Assembly: GCA_963827655.1 (NCBI GenBank)
Contig: CAWHCF010000046.1
Location: forward strand, 113,321-177,320
From: an uncultured Acidobacteriota bacterium
GTDB taxonomy: Bacteria; Acidobacteriota; UBA6911
Length of the DNA stretch: 64,000 nucleotides
Reading direction: 5' to 3'
Shown in pieces: positions 9,236 to 19,772 of the stretch (position 1 is the first letter of the stretch; each line of letters starts with the position of its first letter). The notes beneath the pieces were generated by a model that was not told where the DNA came from, did not search any database, and saw nothing but the letters and a program-made list of their open reading frames with translations. Both the position numbers and the translations under genes were made by a program.

Positions 9236-10153
9236 ATGAATTCAGCATCCGTTATCCACCTCTTTTCCGGCCGCCATCCGACACTGGCAGTGCGGCCAAT
9301 GGTCGCGACTCTCGTGTTGCCCCTGGTTTTGCTTTCCTGCCTGCAGACGCGGGCCGAAGAAGCAGCACGAGACCAGGATCTGTTCAACCAGGGTAAGATC
9401 CTGATGTTCGACAAGAAATGGGAAGAGGCCCGCGCGGTCTTCCAGCGTGTCATCCGGGAGTTCCCGAAGAGTACTCTGGTTCCACAGGCGCATTATTTTG
9501 CCGCGCGTTCTTTCCAGCAGCAGGGAAAAGAAGAAGAAGCGGTGCGGGCCTACGATGAGTTCGTAAGCCGATATCCCGGTGAGTCCTACCTTTTGGCTGA
9601 AGCTCGGAACAGTGTCGTGGACCTCGCGGCGTCATTGATGGAGAAAGGAAACAGTTCGTACCGGGATCGTATTGTGGCAGCCCTGGGTGATCCCACCAGA
9701 GAAGTCCGCTATTTTGCGGCAATCCGGAGCAGCAGTCTGAATGATCGCGGCTTGACCTCGATGGCCATTCCCGTTTTGCGGCAAATCGTCAATAAGGAGA
9801 AAGAACGGGACCTGGTAGACCGGGCGAAGATTGCTTTGCTCCGCCTGGATCCCAACGCCCTCTCTCCACAGCGTGAATCGCCGGAGCGAGGAAAGAGCGA
9901 AGGCCAGGTCGACAGCAGGATGTTTCACATTCGGGTCTATTCGGACAATGCGACTGAACCGACTGTAGAAATCAACCTGCCTGTAAGTTTTGCCCAGCTG
10001 GCCATCATGGCTCTCGACGAATCGAAGAAGGAGGAGCTCCGGCGTAAAGGGTTTAACGTGGACGATTTCTGGGAGAGCATAAAACGGCTGGGTCCTACCA
10101 AGATCATGGAGATTCGCGACGGCAAAGATCTGGTCAAGATTTGGATTGAGTGA
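9236..10153 (+). CDS. Exported TPR/HEAT repeat protein with a DUF2089/YvlB-like C-terminal domain
   Basis: BamD-like TPRs (WEEARAVFQRVIREFPKS), HEAT-like segment and C-terminal RMFHIRV..VEINLPV..KIWIE. Confidence 0.75.
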   Translation: MNSASVIHLFSGRHPTLAVRPMVATLVLPLVLLSCLQTRAEEAARDQDLFNQGKILMFDKKWEEARAVFQRVIREFPKSTLVPQAHYFAARSFQQQGKEEEAVRAYDEFVSRYPGESYLLAEARNSVVDLAASLMEKGNSSYRDRIVAALGDPTREVRYFAAIRSSSLNDRGLTSMAIPVLRQIVNKEKERDLVDRAKIALLRLDPNALSPQRESPERGKSEGQVDSRMFHIRVYSDNATEPTVEINLPVSFAQLAIMALDESKKEELRRKGFNVDDFWESIKRLGPTKIMEIRDGKDLVKIWIE

Positions 10154-10200
10154 TACCACTGTTTGTGGTGTTGCTTGGGTCTTCGTGTCTCGGTGGTTAG
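10154..10200. repeat. REP-like family A half copy
   Basis: gtcttcgtgtctcggtggtta matches the family A arm. Confidence 0.55.
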
Positions 10201-10252
10201 AGAAACGTGATTTTGCGGAACCGGCGCTGAGCTGCGGGCGTCTAAGGACGGC

Positions 10253-11578
10253 ATGAGGGCAATTCTTGCGGGTTTGTTCTGCGCCGCCACGCTGCTCCTC
10301 GCGGCCCAGAAGAAAGTCTCGCCTCCACCCAAACCACCGGAGCGTCCTGCCGAGAGCTGGCCCATATGGGGCGGGCCGCGCCACAACTTCATCTCGACTT
10401 CGACCGGGCTGGCGAATGCATGGCCCAAAGAGGGGCCCACGCGTGTGTGGAGCCGCCCGCTCGGCGATGGCTACTCCCCAATCGCCGAGGAAAACGGCGT
10501 GCTGTTCACCGGGTATCGCCGAGGATCGAAAGACGTGGTGATCGCGCTAAATGCGGCGACCGGCAGCACCGTCTGGGAATACGAGTACGACGCGCCTTTC
10601 CGCAACAGCTATTCCGAGGGCGTGGGACCCGGGCCGTATGCGATGCCGCAGGTCATCGGAGATCGCGTCGTCACGGCGAGCGGCGCAGGAAAGATCCACT
10701 CGCTCGACAAGAAGACAGGTAAACCCGTGTGGTCGCACGACCTGTACACAGAGTTTGCGGCCAACCGGCTGCCATTCGGCTACTCCTGCCACGGTCTGCC
10801 GTACAAAGACACCCTGATCTACCTGGCCGGGGGCGACGCGCCCTGGTTCGGATTCGGTCAAGGCGCCGCGGTCATCGCGTTTCGTCAGAGCGACGGCGCC
10901 GTGGTCTGGAAGAATCAGGGTTTCAAGAACGCGCACTCATCGCCGCTCCTGATCAACGTGGACGGTCAGCCGCAGGTAGTCGCGTTGCTGGCGGACCAGG
11001 TGATCGGGTTCAGTCCCGATAACGGCGAGCTGCTCTGGAAGCACTCGCATCCTACCCAGCACGGCCTTGCCGTCGCCACGCCGATCGCGGCCGCCGGAAA
11101 CCTGGTGTTCATTTCCTCGGCTTACAGCGGCGGAGCCCGGGTATTGCAGCTCGCCCGGAGCGGCAGTGGGACTACAGTGAAAGAGCTGTGGCATAACCCG
11201 CGAGTTCAGCTCCATTTCGGCACCGCGATACTCATTGGCGACTACATTTATCTGTCGAGCGGCCACTCCGGGCCTGCCTTTATCACCGCCGTGGAACTCC
11301 GGACCGGGCGGATCGCCTGGCAGGCCCGCGATTTCGCCAAGGCGCAGCTCCTCTACGCCGATGGGAAGTTGATCATCCTCGATGAAGACGGCAACCTTGG
11401 TCTCGCCAGCGCAACACCCGAGCGTTTTCAGGTGCTCTCTCGCCTTTCGCTTCTGAATCGCATCTCATGGACTCCTCCCACGCTGGTCGGGAGCCGCCTC
11501 TATGTGCGTGACCGAGCCAACATGATGGCACTCGAGCTTGGCGCGTTGCCGCCTGCGTTGCCCCCTAAGCAAAAGTAA
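10253..11578 (+). CDS. PQQ-like beta-propeller repeat protein (BamB-like)
   Basis: Signal peptide, WPIWGGP.HN, GYSP and WTPPTLVGSRLYVR motifs. Confidence 0.85.
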   Translation: MRAILAGLFCAATLLLAAQKKVSPPPKPPERPAESWPIWGGPRHNFISTSTGLANAWPKEGPTRVWSRPLGDGYSPIAEENGVLFTGYRRGSKDVVIALNAATGSTVWEYEYDAPFRNSYSEGVGPGPYAMPQVIGDRVVTASGAGKIHSLDKKTGKPVWSHDLYTEFAANRLPFGYSCHGLPYKDTLIYLAGGDAPWFGFGQGAAVIAFRQSDGAVVWKNQGFKNAHSSPLLINVDGQPQVVALLADQVIGFSPDNGELLWKHSHPTQHGLAVATPIAAAGNLVFISSAYSGGARVLQLARSGSGTTVKELWHNPRVQLHFGTAILIGDYIYLSSGHSGPAFITAVELRTGRIAWQARDFAKAQLLYADGKLIILDEDGNLGLASATPERFQVLSRLSLLNRISWTPPTLVGSRLYVRDRANMMALELGALPPALPPKQK

Positions 11579-11614
11579 ACCGGATCATCCCTCTTTCACT
11601 GCTTGAGAAGTTTA

Positions 11615-12081
11615 CTCCGGTCATAGATCCAATTCGATTGCGCGCGACGTAGTGTCCTAGGAGAAGCGCACGAGAGGATGGCCTGGATCCCGTCCCCCGG
11701 GACCAGGCTGCTCGGCGCCGCCCGAGGTCGCTGATCTGTTGGGCACTTGTCCCTTTGGTGCGCAAGCCTGCTTGCGTCTTGCGACGCGGCAGCTTGTTGC
11801 CGCACGGAGTATTGGACATTTAACAAGCACAGAGCTCGGGTGCTGTTAACCAGGGCTGAAGGCGCGGCAGTGAATAGTGCGCGCCGCGCCTCCGGTCATA
11901 AATCCAATTCGATTGCGCGCGACGTAGTGTCCTAGGAGAAGCGCACGAGAGGATGGCCTGGATCCCGTCCCCCGGGACCAGGCTGCTCGGCGCCGCCCGA
12001 GGTCGCTGATCTGTTGGGCACTTGTCCCTTTGGTGCGCAAGCCTGCTTGCGCCTTGTGACGCGGCAGCTTCTTGCCGCACG
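11615..12081. repeat. 192-bp direct repeat x2 (11615-11806 and 11890-12081), rich in hairpins
   Basis: Copies offset by 275 bp with about 4 substitutions; each ends in GCGCAAGC..GCTTGCG and GCGGCAGC..TTGCCGC hairpins. Confidence 0.92.
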
Positions 12082-12207
12082 TGCGAAATGTACAACTAGG
12101 CCTGCGCAGGAGCGGGGCCTTAGCCCTTGGGAACGGAGCTTGGCGAAGCAAGCTTCGCCATAACCAAAACGCAGCAAGCTACCGCACTCCAGGAGGAGGA
12201 GACAACT

Positions 12208-13098
12208 ATGAGGAACACACGAGCGTTCTTTGAGTTTCCCGGAAAGAGACCCTTTCGATCCGCGGTAACGGTGCTGGTCGTCGTCATGCTTGTCGCCGGG
12301 CTGACGATTTGGAAGCCCGAGCCCGCATCGGCGAATCACCCGGTCCTGGTGGAAGGTGAAAAAGACTACGACGGCGATGGGCTGGTTGGCACGGCCGAAG
12401 ACACCGACAATGCCACCGACCGGATTTTCGGAACCATCAACGGCGCGCTCGGCAACATAGATCTCGGGGCCGCCATCAACGCCACCCACGCCAACCAGAA
12501 CGGCCGGGTCGTCATCGTCACGTCGGGCCGCTTTCCCGAGGGCGTCAGCATCACGGCCGCCAACGGCAACGTTTCGCTCGAAGCCGCTCCTGGAGTCGAC
12601 GCCGACATAGATGCGGTCGTACAGGGAGCGGCGGGCAATGCGGGCCGTCAGGCCAACCCCGGGATTATTGTCAACGCTCCGGCCAATCGCTATGTCACGA
12701 TCCGCAACATCATGAGCCGAAACTGGACCGAGGGGATCCGGGTGATGGGCGATTCCAGAGTGACCATAGCCAACTGCCGTTTCGAGAACAATGTAAGCTT
12801 CGGCATCCACGTGCTCGACAACGCCCGGGTAGCGATCAACAACTCCCAGGTCAATGCCACCGGGTTTCGCCAGGCGGGAGGGGTGAACAATACGCCCAGC
12901 CCCGGAATCGGGATCCAGTTCGAAGATTCTTCCTCGGGTTCGGTCGCGTTCACAACCGTCAGCGGGAGCTTCAGTGTCGGTCTTGCTAACGACATTCAAA
13001 CCCAGGGTTCCGTTTTCGTGATGGACGTGAACACCTTCGACAACAATCCGAACTTTCGCGGGTTTTTCCGGCAGGGCGCCGTGCCGGCAAATTTCTAG
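12208..13098 (+). CDS. Secreted right-handed beta-helix (pectin lyase-like/NosD) protein
   Basis: Strong AGGAGGAGG RBS, signal peptide, DYDGDG Ca-loop and parallel beta-helix repeats (VTIRN, GIRV, VTIANC, GIHV). Confidence 0.78.
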   Translation: MRNTRAFFEFPGKRPFRSAVTVLVVVMLVAGLTIWKPEPASANHPVLVEGEKDYDGDGLVGTAEDTDNATDRIFGTINGALGNIDLGAAINATHANQNGRVVIVTSGRFPEGVSITAANGNVSLEAAPGVDADIDAVVQGAAGNAGRQANPGIIVNAPANRYVTIRNIMSRNWTEGIRVMGDSRVTIANCRFENNVSFGIHVLDNARVAINNSQVNATGFRQAGGVNNTPSPGIGIQFEDSSSGSVAFTTVSGSFSVGLANDIQTQGSVFVMDVNTFDNNPNFRGFFRQGAVPANF

Positions 13099-13102
13099 AT
13101 TT

Positions 13103-13177
13103 GTGTTTCTTCGTGTCTTTGGGTCGTGGTGGTATGGTTGGCCGCCCCTAACCCCTAAGACTCAAAGACACGAAGAA
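13103..13177. repeat. REP-like family A palindrome
   Basis: ttcttcgtgtctttgggtc ... gactcaaagacacgaagaa inverted arms. Confidence 0.8.
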
Positions 13178-13236
13178 TGGGAAGCGGCTGAAGATCTCGT
13201 GGAACTCCGCCACCGCCACACAGCCGACCGGTCCCC

Positions 13237-14838
13237 GTGCCGTCGTTGACAAGAGAGGTTTTTCGACTTAGACTCGGCCCCTCCGTTCGAGCACGCCACC
13301 ATCATCTGAACGGGAGCCTTAAGGGGCCCGGTGGACAAGCACGTTCCAAGCCGGGTGTGCTCGAATGCGTGACCACGGACAGATCGTCATGTCGGATTCG
13401 GGTCGGAGGCAAGGCTGTGTCGGATGGCTGCGGGTCTCCGAAGGGTGGAATCAGCGTCATCATCCCGCACGGCGGGGAGAGCCGGTTTCCGCAGCTCGCC
13501 GCGACTCTGCCGGCTCTGAGGCAGTGCTCGGGCGTCCAGGAGGTGATCGTCGTCGAGCTGGCCGAATCGCCTCGGGCCGAGCAGTTCGCCCGGCGCTGGG
13601 CGGATAAGTATGTCTTCGCCCGTCACTCGGCTCCCTTCGACCGGGCGCGCGCGCTGAACATCGGAATTCCTTTCGCGGCGCGCGACCTGCTCTTGTGGCA
13701 GGACAATGACCTCGTCCTGCCTGAGGGGTTCGTTCTGAGAGCAGCCGCCGAGATACGCGCCCGGTCGCTGGACTTTCTGACCCCCTACACGTCCATCCGG
13801 TACCTCTCAAAAGCCGACAGCACGGCTGTCATGAAGGGGATGCGGCGCCCCGTCGATTGTGATCCCGTGAACGTCTTCTATTCCCGCCGCGCCATCAGCG
13901 GGGGCGCGGGGCTCGTGAGGCGAGCATTCGTCAAGCGGTACGGCGGGTTGCCAGAGGGCTTCCGTGGCTGGGGCTGCGAGGACGAGGCGTGGGCGTACAA
14001 GGCCTACCTGCTGGGGCGCGCCGCTCACACGGGCTACGACGACCAGCATCTCTATCATCTTTATCACCCCGGGTCGGGGGGATACTGCCGCCGCGCTCCT
14101 ATATCGAGCCCGTCGGACTATGCTCACAACCTCGCGCTTCTGAGCCGGATCATGTCGGTGCGGGAACCGGCTCGATTTGCCGAGATGTTCGGACCGAAGT
14201 ACTTCTCGTGTCCGTGGCCCGAGTCGGCGCACATCGTGTTCCTCACGCGCGCTGGTGACCGCAGGAACACGCTTCTGGCGGAACGCGTCGCCCGGTGCTT
14301 ACGGAAACTTTACGGCAGCAATATCGAACCCGCGCAAGTCCCGCAAACAGTCCCACTCGAACAGGTCGTGCCCCAGCATGCCGATGCGATCGTACTGTTC
14401 GGCAGCGGGCTGGCGAGGGACGTGGCGGCTACCCTGCCTCGAGCACGGTTCGACTCAAGGGTCGTCGTCGTGAGCCGCGCCAGGCACCGGCCGAAGCGCG
14501 AGGAAACTCCCGGGAAGCCGTTCGGCACGATCGTGATGGCGGATCCTGTGCCGGGCCACCTGGCGATCGCATTGACGCTGGCGCGGCCGATCGCGTTGAT
14601 CGCCGGACGGAACGTACGCGCTTCCCGACCGCGGCAGGCCGACATCGCCCGCGGCGGACATGGCCGGGCGACCGAACCGGCGCTCGTGGCACTGCTGGCT
14701 GACTACGCGCGCAGCTATCGATACTGGTCGGCGCGGGCCCTCGGCCGGAACGACCGAACCTGGCGAGCCGCTGCGATGGCGCGGCGGTTTCAGTACCTGA
14801 GCCAGCGCATCCGTGACTGGCTCGAGGCCGCGAATTGA
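13237..14838 (+). CDS. Glycosyltransferase, GT2/GT7-C type (start uncertain)
   Basis: ISVIIPH, FDRARALNIG, WQDND (DxD), GGLPEGFRGWGCED and HLYH motifs. Confidence 0.8.
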   Translation: MPSLTREVFRLRLGPSVRARHHHLNGSLKGPGGQARSKPGVLECVTTDRSSCRIRVGGKAVSDGCGSPKGGISVIIPHGGESRFPQLAATLPALRQCSGVQEVIVVELAESPRAEQFARRWADKYVFARHSAPFDRARALNIGIPFAARDLLLWQDNDLVLPEGFVLRAAAEIRARSLDFLTPYTSIRYLSKADSTAVMKGMRRPVDCDPVNVFYSRRAISGGAGLVRRAFVKRYGGLPEGFRGWGCEDEAWAYKAYLLGRAAHTGYDDQHLYHLYHPGSGGYCRRAPISSPSDYAHNLALLSRIMSVREPARFAEMFGPKYFSCPWPESAHIVFLTRAGDRRNTLLAERVARCLRKLYGSNIEPAQVPQTVPLEQVVPQHADAIVLFGSGLARDVAATLPRARFDSRVVVVSRARHRPKREETPGKPFGTIVMADPVPGHLAIALTLARPIALIAGRNVRASRPRQADIARGGHGRATEPALVALLADYARSYRYWSARALGRNDRTWRAAAMARRFQYLSQRIRDWLEAAN

Positions 14839-14981
14839 AGGCGCCGCGATCCCGCTTCAGGCGGCGCGGAGAAACCGTGGAGATCTGGTACACGACGCCG
14901 AACACCCGGCTGTATGCCGACAGGCAGCGCGTCCGGCGGAGAACCGGGAACCGAGGTTTGCTATCATCGACAGCGTCCTAA

Positions 14982-15213
14982 GGGCTCGCGCAGAAATAAC
15001 TTCACATTCTGGCGCGCGAGCCGGTGGTCAATCATGAACCGGTTTCTGTTCGCTAGGCACGCTGAGGATCGCGCCCCTTCGGGCTGCGGCCCGCAGGCCC
15101 GCTGGCTTTGTTGCTCGCTCCTCACGTACCGCACCGGGTACGCATCGTCGCTCGCGCCTCGCCAGCAGGCTGGGGGCCTGCAGCAGAATGCGAACTTATT
15201 TCTGCGCGAACCC
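14982..15213. mobile_element. MITE with ~30-bp terminal inverted repeats, IS5-like
   Basis: GGGCTCGCGCAGAAATAACTTCACATTCTG ... CAGAATGCGAACTTATTTCTGCGCGAACCC, flanked by TAA on both sides. Confidence 0.82.
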
Positions 15214-15241
15214 TAAGCTCAACGCGAAGCGGATCGATGCG

Positions 15242-16009
15242 ATGAACACGGTCGAAGTCGTCGTCATCAACTGGAAACGTCCCGCCAACGTCGAGCGCAT
15301 CGTCGCAGCCTTGAAGGCCCAGACAGAAGGCTGCACGGTGACGATCTGCGACTGCCACCCGTCCGCCGAGTTCGCCCTTGCCGACGCGACGCTGGCCTCG
15401 GTCGACCGGCTGTACCGCTGGCGGCACAACTGCGGCGCGTACAGCCGGTACGTCCCGGCCGGCGGCTACGATCACGCATATACTTTCTTTCTGGACGACG
15501 ACATGTTGCCGGGTCTCCGGTGCGTCGAGCACTTCGTCCGCAACGCTCGCGAGGTCGAGAACTTCGGAGTCCTGGGGCAACTCGGGCGTATCCTGCCCCA
15601 GGACGGGGTCTACCGATACGGCGAGGTGCCCCGAGGCCCGGCGTTCGTCGAGACCGATCTCGTTGTACGCGGCTACTTCGTCCGCACGAGCAACCTGTGG
15701 TGCGTGGGGAGGTTTCGCTGGATGATGAACTATTTCGACGAGCCCATGCAGGAAGATGACCTCCTGCTATGCGTGTCGCTGCGGATGTGCGCCGGACTCG
15801 GGTGCTACCTCACGCCGTACGACCCCGACGTCGAGACGCTGATGAACAAGGAAGAGCTGAGCAGTGAGCATGCGGTTTCGATGCGCGCGGAGCATCTCGA
15901 CAAGAGACGGGAGTTCCTGCGCCGGGCCGTCGCGTGCGGGTGGGTATCTCTCAGGGCGCGGGGCGACGGTCGCGAAGTGGCTTCCATGATCCTGACGGAC
16001 CCACAGTAA
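15242..16009 (+). CDS. GT-A fold glycosyltransferase
   Basis: VVVINWKRP, FFLDDD and QEDDLLL motifs; the ORF-track start at 15188 lies inside the MITE. Confidence 0.7.
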   Translation: MNTVEVVVINWKRPANVERIVAALKAQTEGCTVTICDCHPSAEFALADATLASVDRLYRWRHNCGAYSRYVPAGGYDHAYTFFLDDDMLPGLRCVEHFVRNAREVENFGVLGQLGRILPQDGVYRYGEVPRGPAFVETDLVVRGYFVRTSNLWCVGRFRWMMNYFDEPMQEDDLLLCVSLRMCAGLGCYLTPYDPDVETLMNKEELSSEHAVSMRAEHLDKRREFLRRAVACGWVSLRARGDGREVASMILTDPQ

Positions 16010-16012
16010 CCC

Positions 16013-16900
16013 ATGCGCCGGCTCCACTCACTCTCGAACCGCGTCCTGGCGGACTATGCCGGCGAGAGCTCAGGGTATCGGCTCGGCGCGCAGGCGCTGA
16101 TCTCGATCACGACCTGTGACCGGAACCCGCTGGTACGCGCTTTCGTGCCCGCGTTCCATCGATTCTGCTTCGGCAACCCGCGCTTCGATCTCCTCCTTTC
16201 GATTGACGGCGCCGCCTTCGGCTCCAACCCCGACAGCCTCGCGTTCGCCCGCGAGCGCGGGATCGCCTTCGTCGTGTCGCGCATTCCTGAAGGCGTCGGC
16301 ATCTCGAAGAACCGGGTGGTCGCCCGCCTGGGCGGCTACACCTACTACTTCTTCGTCGAGGACGATGTGGAGCTCCTCGATCCGCGAGTGTTCGACACAC
16401 TCATCAGGCTGTCTGAAGAATCAGGTATACACCACTTCTCGCTTCACGAGCGGGCCAGGATCCGGCACGTGATTTCGACTAGTGAATGCCAGGGAACGAA
16501 GATCATCCACGCTCTTTACGGCAGCGCGCAGCTCAGCTTTTTCACCCGAACCGCCCTCGTCGTGGCCGGAGGGTGGCACCCCGACTTCGCGAGCCGCCGC
16601 CGGGGCGGGCACACGGAACATTCCTACCGCGTCTATCGCAACGGGCTTGCGCCGGCTCCGTTCAATATCGCGGAGGGCTGCCTGGGCGATCTCGCGTGGG
16701 CAAACCCTCCGTCCGTCGTCAGCCCCGGCGAGCGGCCGATCACATCCAACGGCATTTTCACGGCGGAGCAGGAGCTTATCGATCGACGGCTGAAGCATCT
16801 CCCCCTGGCGACTCCCTCACCATTCCGGCTGGCGGTGCCGAAACGCCCCCGGAACGCCGGCGTTTCGGTCGTTGTCACCGGAAATTCTCGACCAGCATGA
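16013..16900 (+). CDS. GT-A fold glycosyltransferase
   Basis: ISITTCDR, GVGISKN, FFVEDDV and GHTEHSYR motifs. Confidence 0.72.
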   Translation: MRRLHSLSNRVLADYAGESSGYRLGAQALISITTCDRNPLVRAFVPAFHRFCFGNPRFDLLLSIDGAAFGSNPDSLAFARERGIAFVVSRIPEGVGISKNRVVARLGGYTYYFFVEDDVELLDPRVFDTLIRLSEESGIHHFSLHERARIRHVISTSECQGTKIIHALYGSAQLSFFTRTALVVAGGWHPDFASRRRGGHTEHSYRVYRNGLAPAPFNIAEGCLGDLAWANPPSVVSPGERPITSNGIFTAEQELIDRRLKHLPLATPSPFRLAVPKRPRNAGVSVVVTGNSRPA

Positions 16901-19689
16901 GGTCGCGTCCGCTCTGGTCGATCTGCGTGTAGAGGAGCCATCGCCCGTCAGGGGAGACCGCCAGGCCCGGGGCCCACGTCATAATCGGCTTCTCGAGCTC
17001 GGCAATCTTGCGCGTTTTTCCGGTCACGAGGTTGAAAAACTCGACCAGCGGGCGGGAGGGGTTGACCGCCGTCGCGAAGTGTATCCCTCCGCCGTGAACT
17101 GTCCAATACCTCCACGGCCCGGCCTCGTGAGAATCGAAGACGCGAGTCTCCTCGCCGCCGTCCGTCGGGACACTCCAGATCCCCGCGACCCGCCGCCCCT
17201 TGGTGTGATAGAGAAGACTGCCGTTCTCGCTTTCGGCCGAGTCGTAACCCGCCTTGCTTCGTGATCTGAACCGGCGGTCCGCCGGAGGCGGGCATCTTCC
17301 AGATCTGCAGGGTGCCGGTCCGGTTCGACGCGAAGTAGAGCCAGCGGCCGTCCCTGGACCAGCTGGGCATGAACTCCTGGGTCTCGTCGACGGTGAGTCG
17401 CCGGAGTCTGCCGCCGTCAGCGTCCATGACGTAGATGTCGGCGTTCCCCTCCTTGCGGGCGTCGAACGCGATCTCTTTGCCGTCGGGAGACCAGCGAGGG
17501 GAGCCGGGGAGCGGTCCTCCGAACCGGGTGAGCTGCACAGGACTTCGCCCTTGCCGGTCGCATACCCAGATCTCGCAGCTCCCGGAGCGCCTCGAGGAGA
17601 ATGCGATCCGATTGCCGTCCGGCGAGTACTGCGGCGCATCGTCCTGGAACGTGGAGGCGATCAGCGGGCTCGGCCGTCCAGCGCCATTTCCCTGAGCCGG
17701 AAGTTCCATGCGCCAGATGTTCGTATCGAACAGGAGCTGCGTGTAGACCAGGCGGTTCCCTACGGGCGAAATCGAGGGAGACGTGACGTTCGGGCCGACC
17801 TCCAGCAGTTGCTCGGGTTCACCACCCGTGGCCGGCAGCCTCCACAGGTTGGGGATGCTGCCGCCGCGCTCCGAGGCGAAGACGAGCTCGCTGCCGCTTG
17901 GGGTCCAGGTTACACCGTCTACGTAGGTGCTGTCGAAGGTGAGCCTTTTGGGTTCTCCGCCGGTGATCGCTACCGAGTACAGGTCGCTGGTTCCTCCGAG
18001 TCCGAGTGGGCGCTGGGTCCGGTACGCACAAATACGAGGCTCTTGCCGTCGGGCGCGAAAACGGGAGTGGAATCGCCCCGGCTTCCCGTGGGCGGAAATG
18101 TCAACGGCCGGCGCTCACCCGAATCGAGCGAGAGGAGGAAAATCCGGAATGGATCCTGGTGAGAAGCTGTGTCGGCGATCGCGAGCGACTTCCCGTCGGG
18201 GGACCAGCGGAGGCTCCTTCCGATGCCGCTCTGGCTCGCCGCCGCGTCGGTAAGGCGCCTTTCGGGGCCTCCCAGAGCGGCGATCAGATAGATCCCACTC
18301 TCCTGGGGGGATGAGCGGCGGAAGGCGATGTGGCGTCCGTCGGGGGACCAGTCCGGGTCGAAATCCGGCGCGGGATCGGTCGTCAGCCGCAGCGGTGTTC
18401 CCGTGTCGACGAGCTTGATGTAGATGTCGAGATTGTCCTCCTGTTCCCCGTCCCACACGAATACGATCTGCCTCCCGTCGGGGGAGAATACGGCCTTCTC
18501 CTCGTTTCCCGGAAAGCTCGTCGAGGGAACCACCTTCGCCGCGGGCGTGGAAACCCGCCCAAGAAGACGGCTGTCCTTGAGGAACTGGTAGGACGACCAG
18601 AGAAGAAGTCCGGAGACCAGAACCAGCGCGATGAGCCCGAAACGGCGGCGCAATCCTTCGCGCGCGCGCGGGCTCGGCTACAGCGCGCTCGCTACCACCT
18701 GTTTGGCTTACGCCCGAGATCGCCGCAGGAACCGTCTCAGGCACGATCCGCCCAGTTGGTTGGAGCTGGACTGCCTCGCCCGACTCTTCGGTTGGCAGGC
18801 GGCCGAGTTTGCCCGCAAGCAGCTCCTGCTTCAGATCGCGCACATCGACCAGCAGGTCGGCGATCGTCTGGTAGCGTTCGTCCCGATTCTTGCGCAGTGC
18901 CTTACGGATGATCCGATCCAGCTCGTGCGGTATTTCAGGCTGGTAACGGGTCAGGGGGGGCGGATCGGTCTTGAGCAGCGTAGCCAGGATGTCGGTAGGA
19001 GTGTCCCCCTCGCGCGCGAAGGGGAGGTGCCCGGTGATCATCTCGTATACCACGATGCCGAGGCTGAATATGTCGGTGCGTGCGTCCACCTCCATGCCCC
19101 GAGCCTGCTCAGGCGACATGTACATCACCGTCCCGACGATTGCGCCGGGCTGGGTGAGGGCGCCTCCCGACGTCGGCGCTTCGGCCACCAGAGTGGTGAG
19201 AGAAAGGCACTCGGTCAGCTTGGCGAGACCAAAGTCGAGAAGCTTTACCACGCCATCCGATCGGATCATGACGTTCTCGGGTTTGACGTCGCGGTGAATG
19301 ATGCTGTTCTTGTGAGCGGCGGCGAGTGCGCTTGCGATCTGTACCGCCACGTCGAGTCCTTCGACCAGTGAGATCCCGCCTTGCAGGATCCGTTGGCGTA
19401 GCGTCTGACCTTCAACAAACTCGGTGGCGATAAAATGAACGTCTTCGATTGTCCCGATCTCGTAGATCGTCAGGATTCCCGGGTGGTTGATTGCCGACGC
19501 GGCCCTGGCTTCCTGCATGAAGCGGCGGACGCGATCCGGCTGAGCCGTGAATCGGGCGGGCAGTAGCTTGAGCGCAACCTTGCGGTCAAGCTGCGTATCG
19601 AGGGCGAGATGGACTTCTCCCATAGCACCCGCTGCAATTGGCGCAATGATCTGGTAATGACTTAACCTGCTGCCCGACGCAATTGCGAT
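16875..19689 (-). CDS. Ser/Thr protein kinase with C-terminal PD40/TolB-like beta-propeller (multiple frameshifts)
   Basis: GAMGEV, VALK, IHRDVKPEN, DFGLAK, YMSPEQ, a TM helix and many WSPDG repeats, spread over ORFs 18115..19752, 17970..18653, 16948..17709 and 16875..17639. Confidence 0.88.
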
Positions 19690-19772
19690 GGTGATGCCCT
19701 CCTTGAATGTACGTGAAGCCGCAAGTCTAGCATCTACAATCGAAAGTTGCAAGAAGGCGGCGGGCTCTCATA

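Noticed and set aside
11615-12081. Known tandem riboswitch or small duplicated proteins
   Set aside because: No riboswitch consensus was recognisable by eye, and the ORFs across the repeat lack RBS and protein-like composition.
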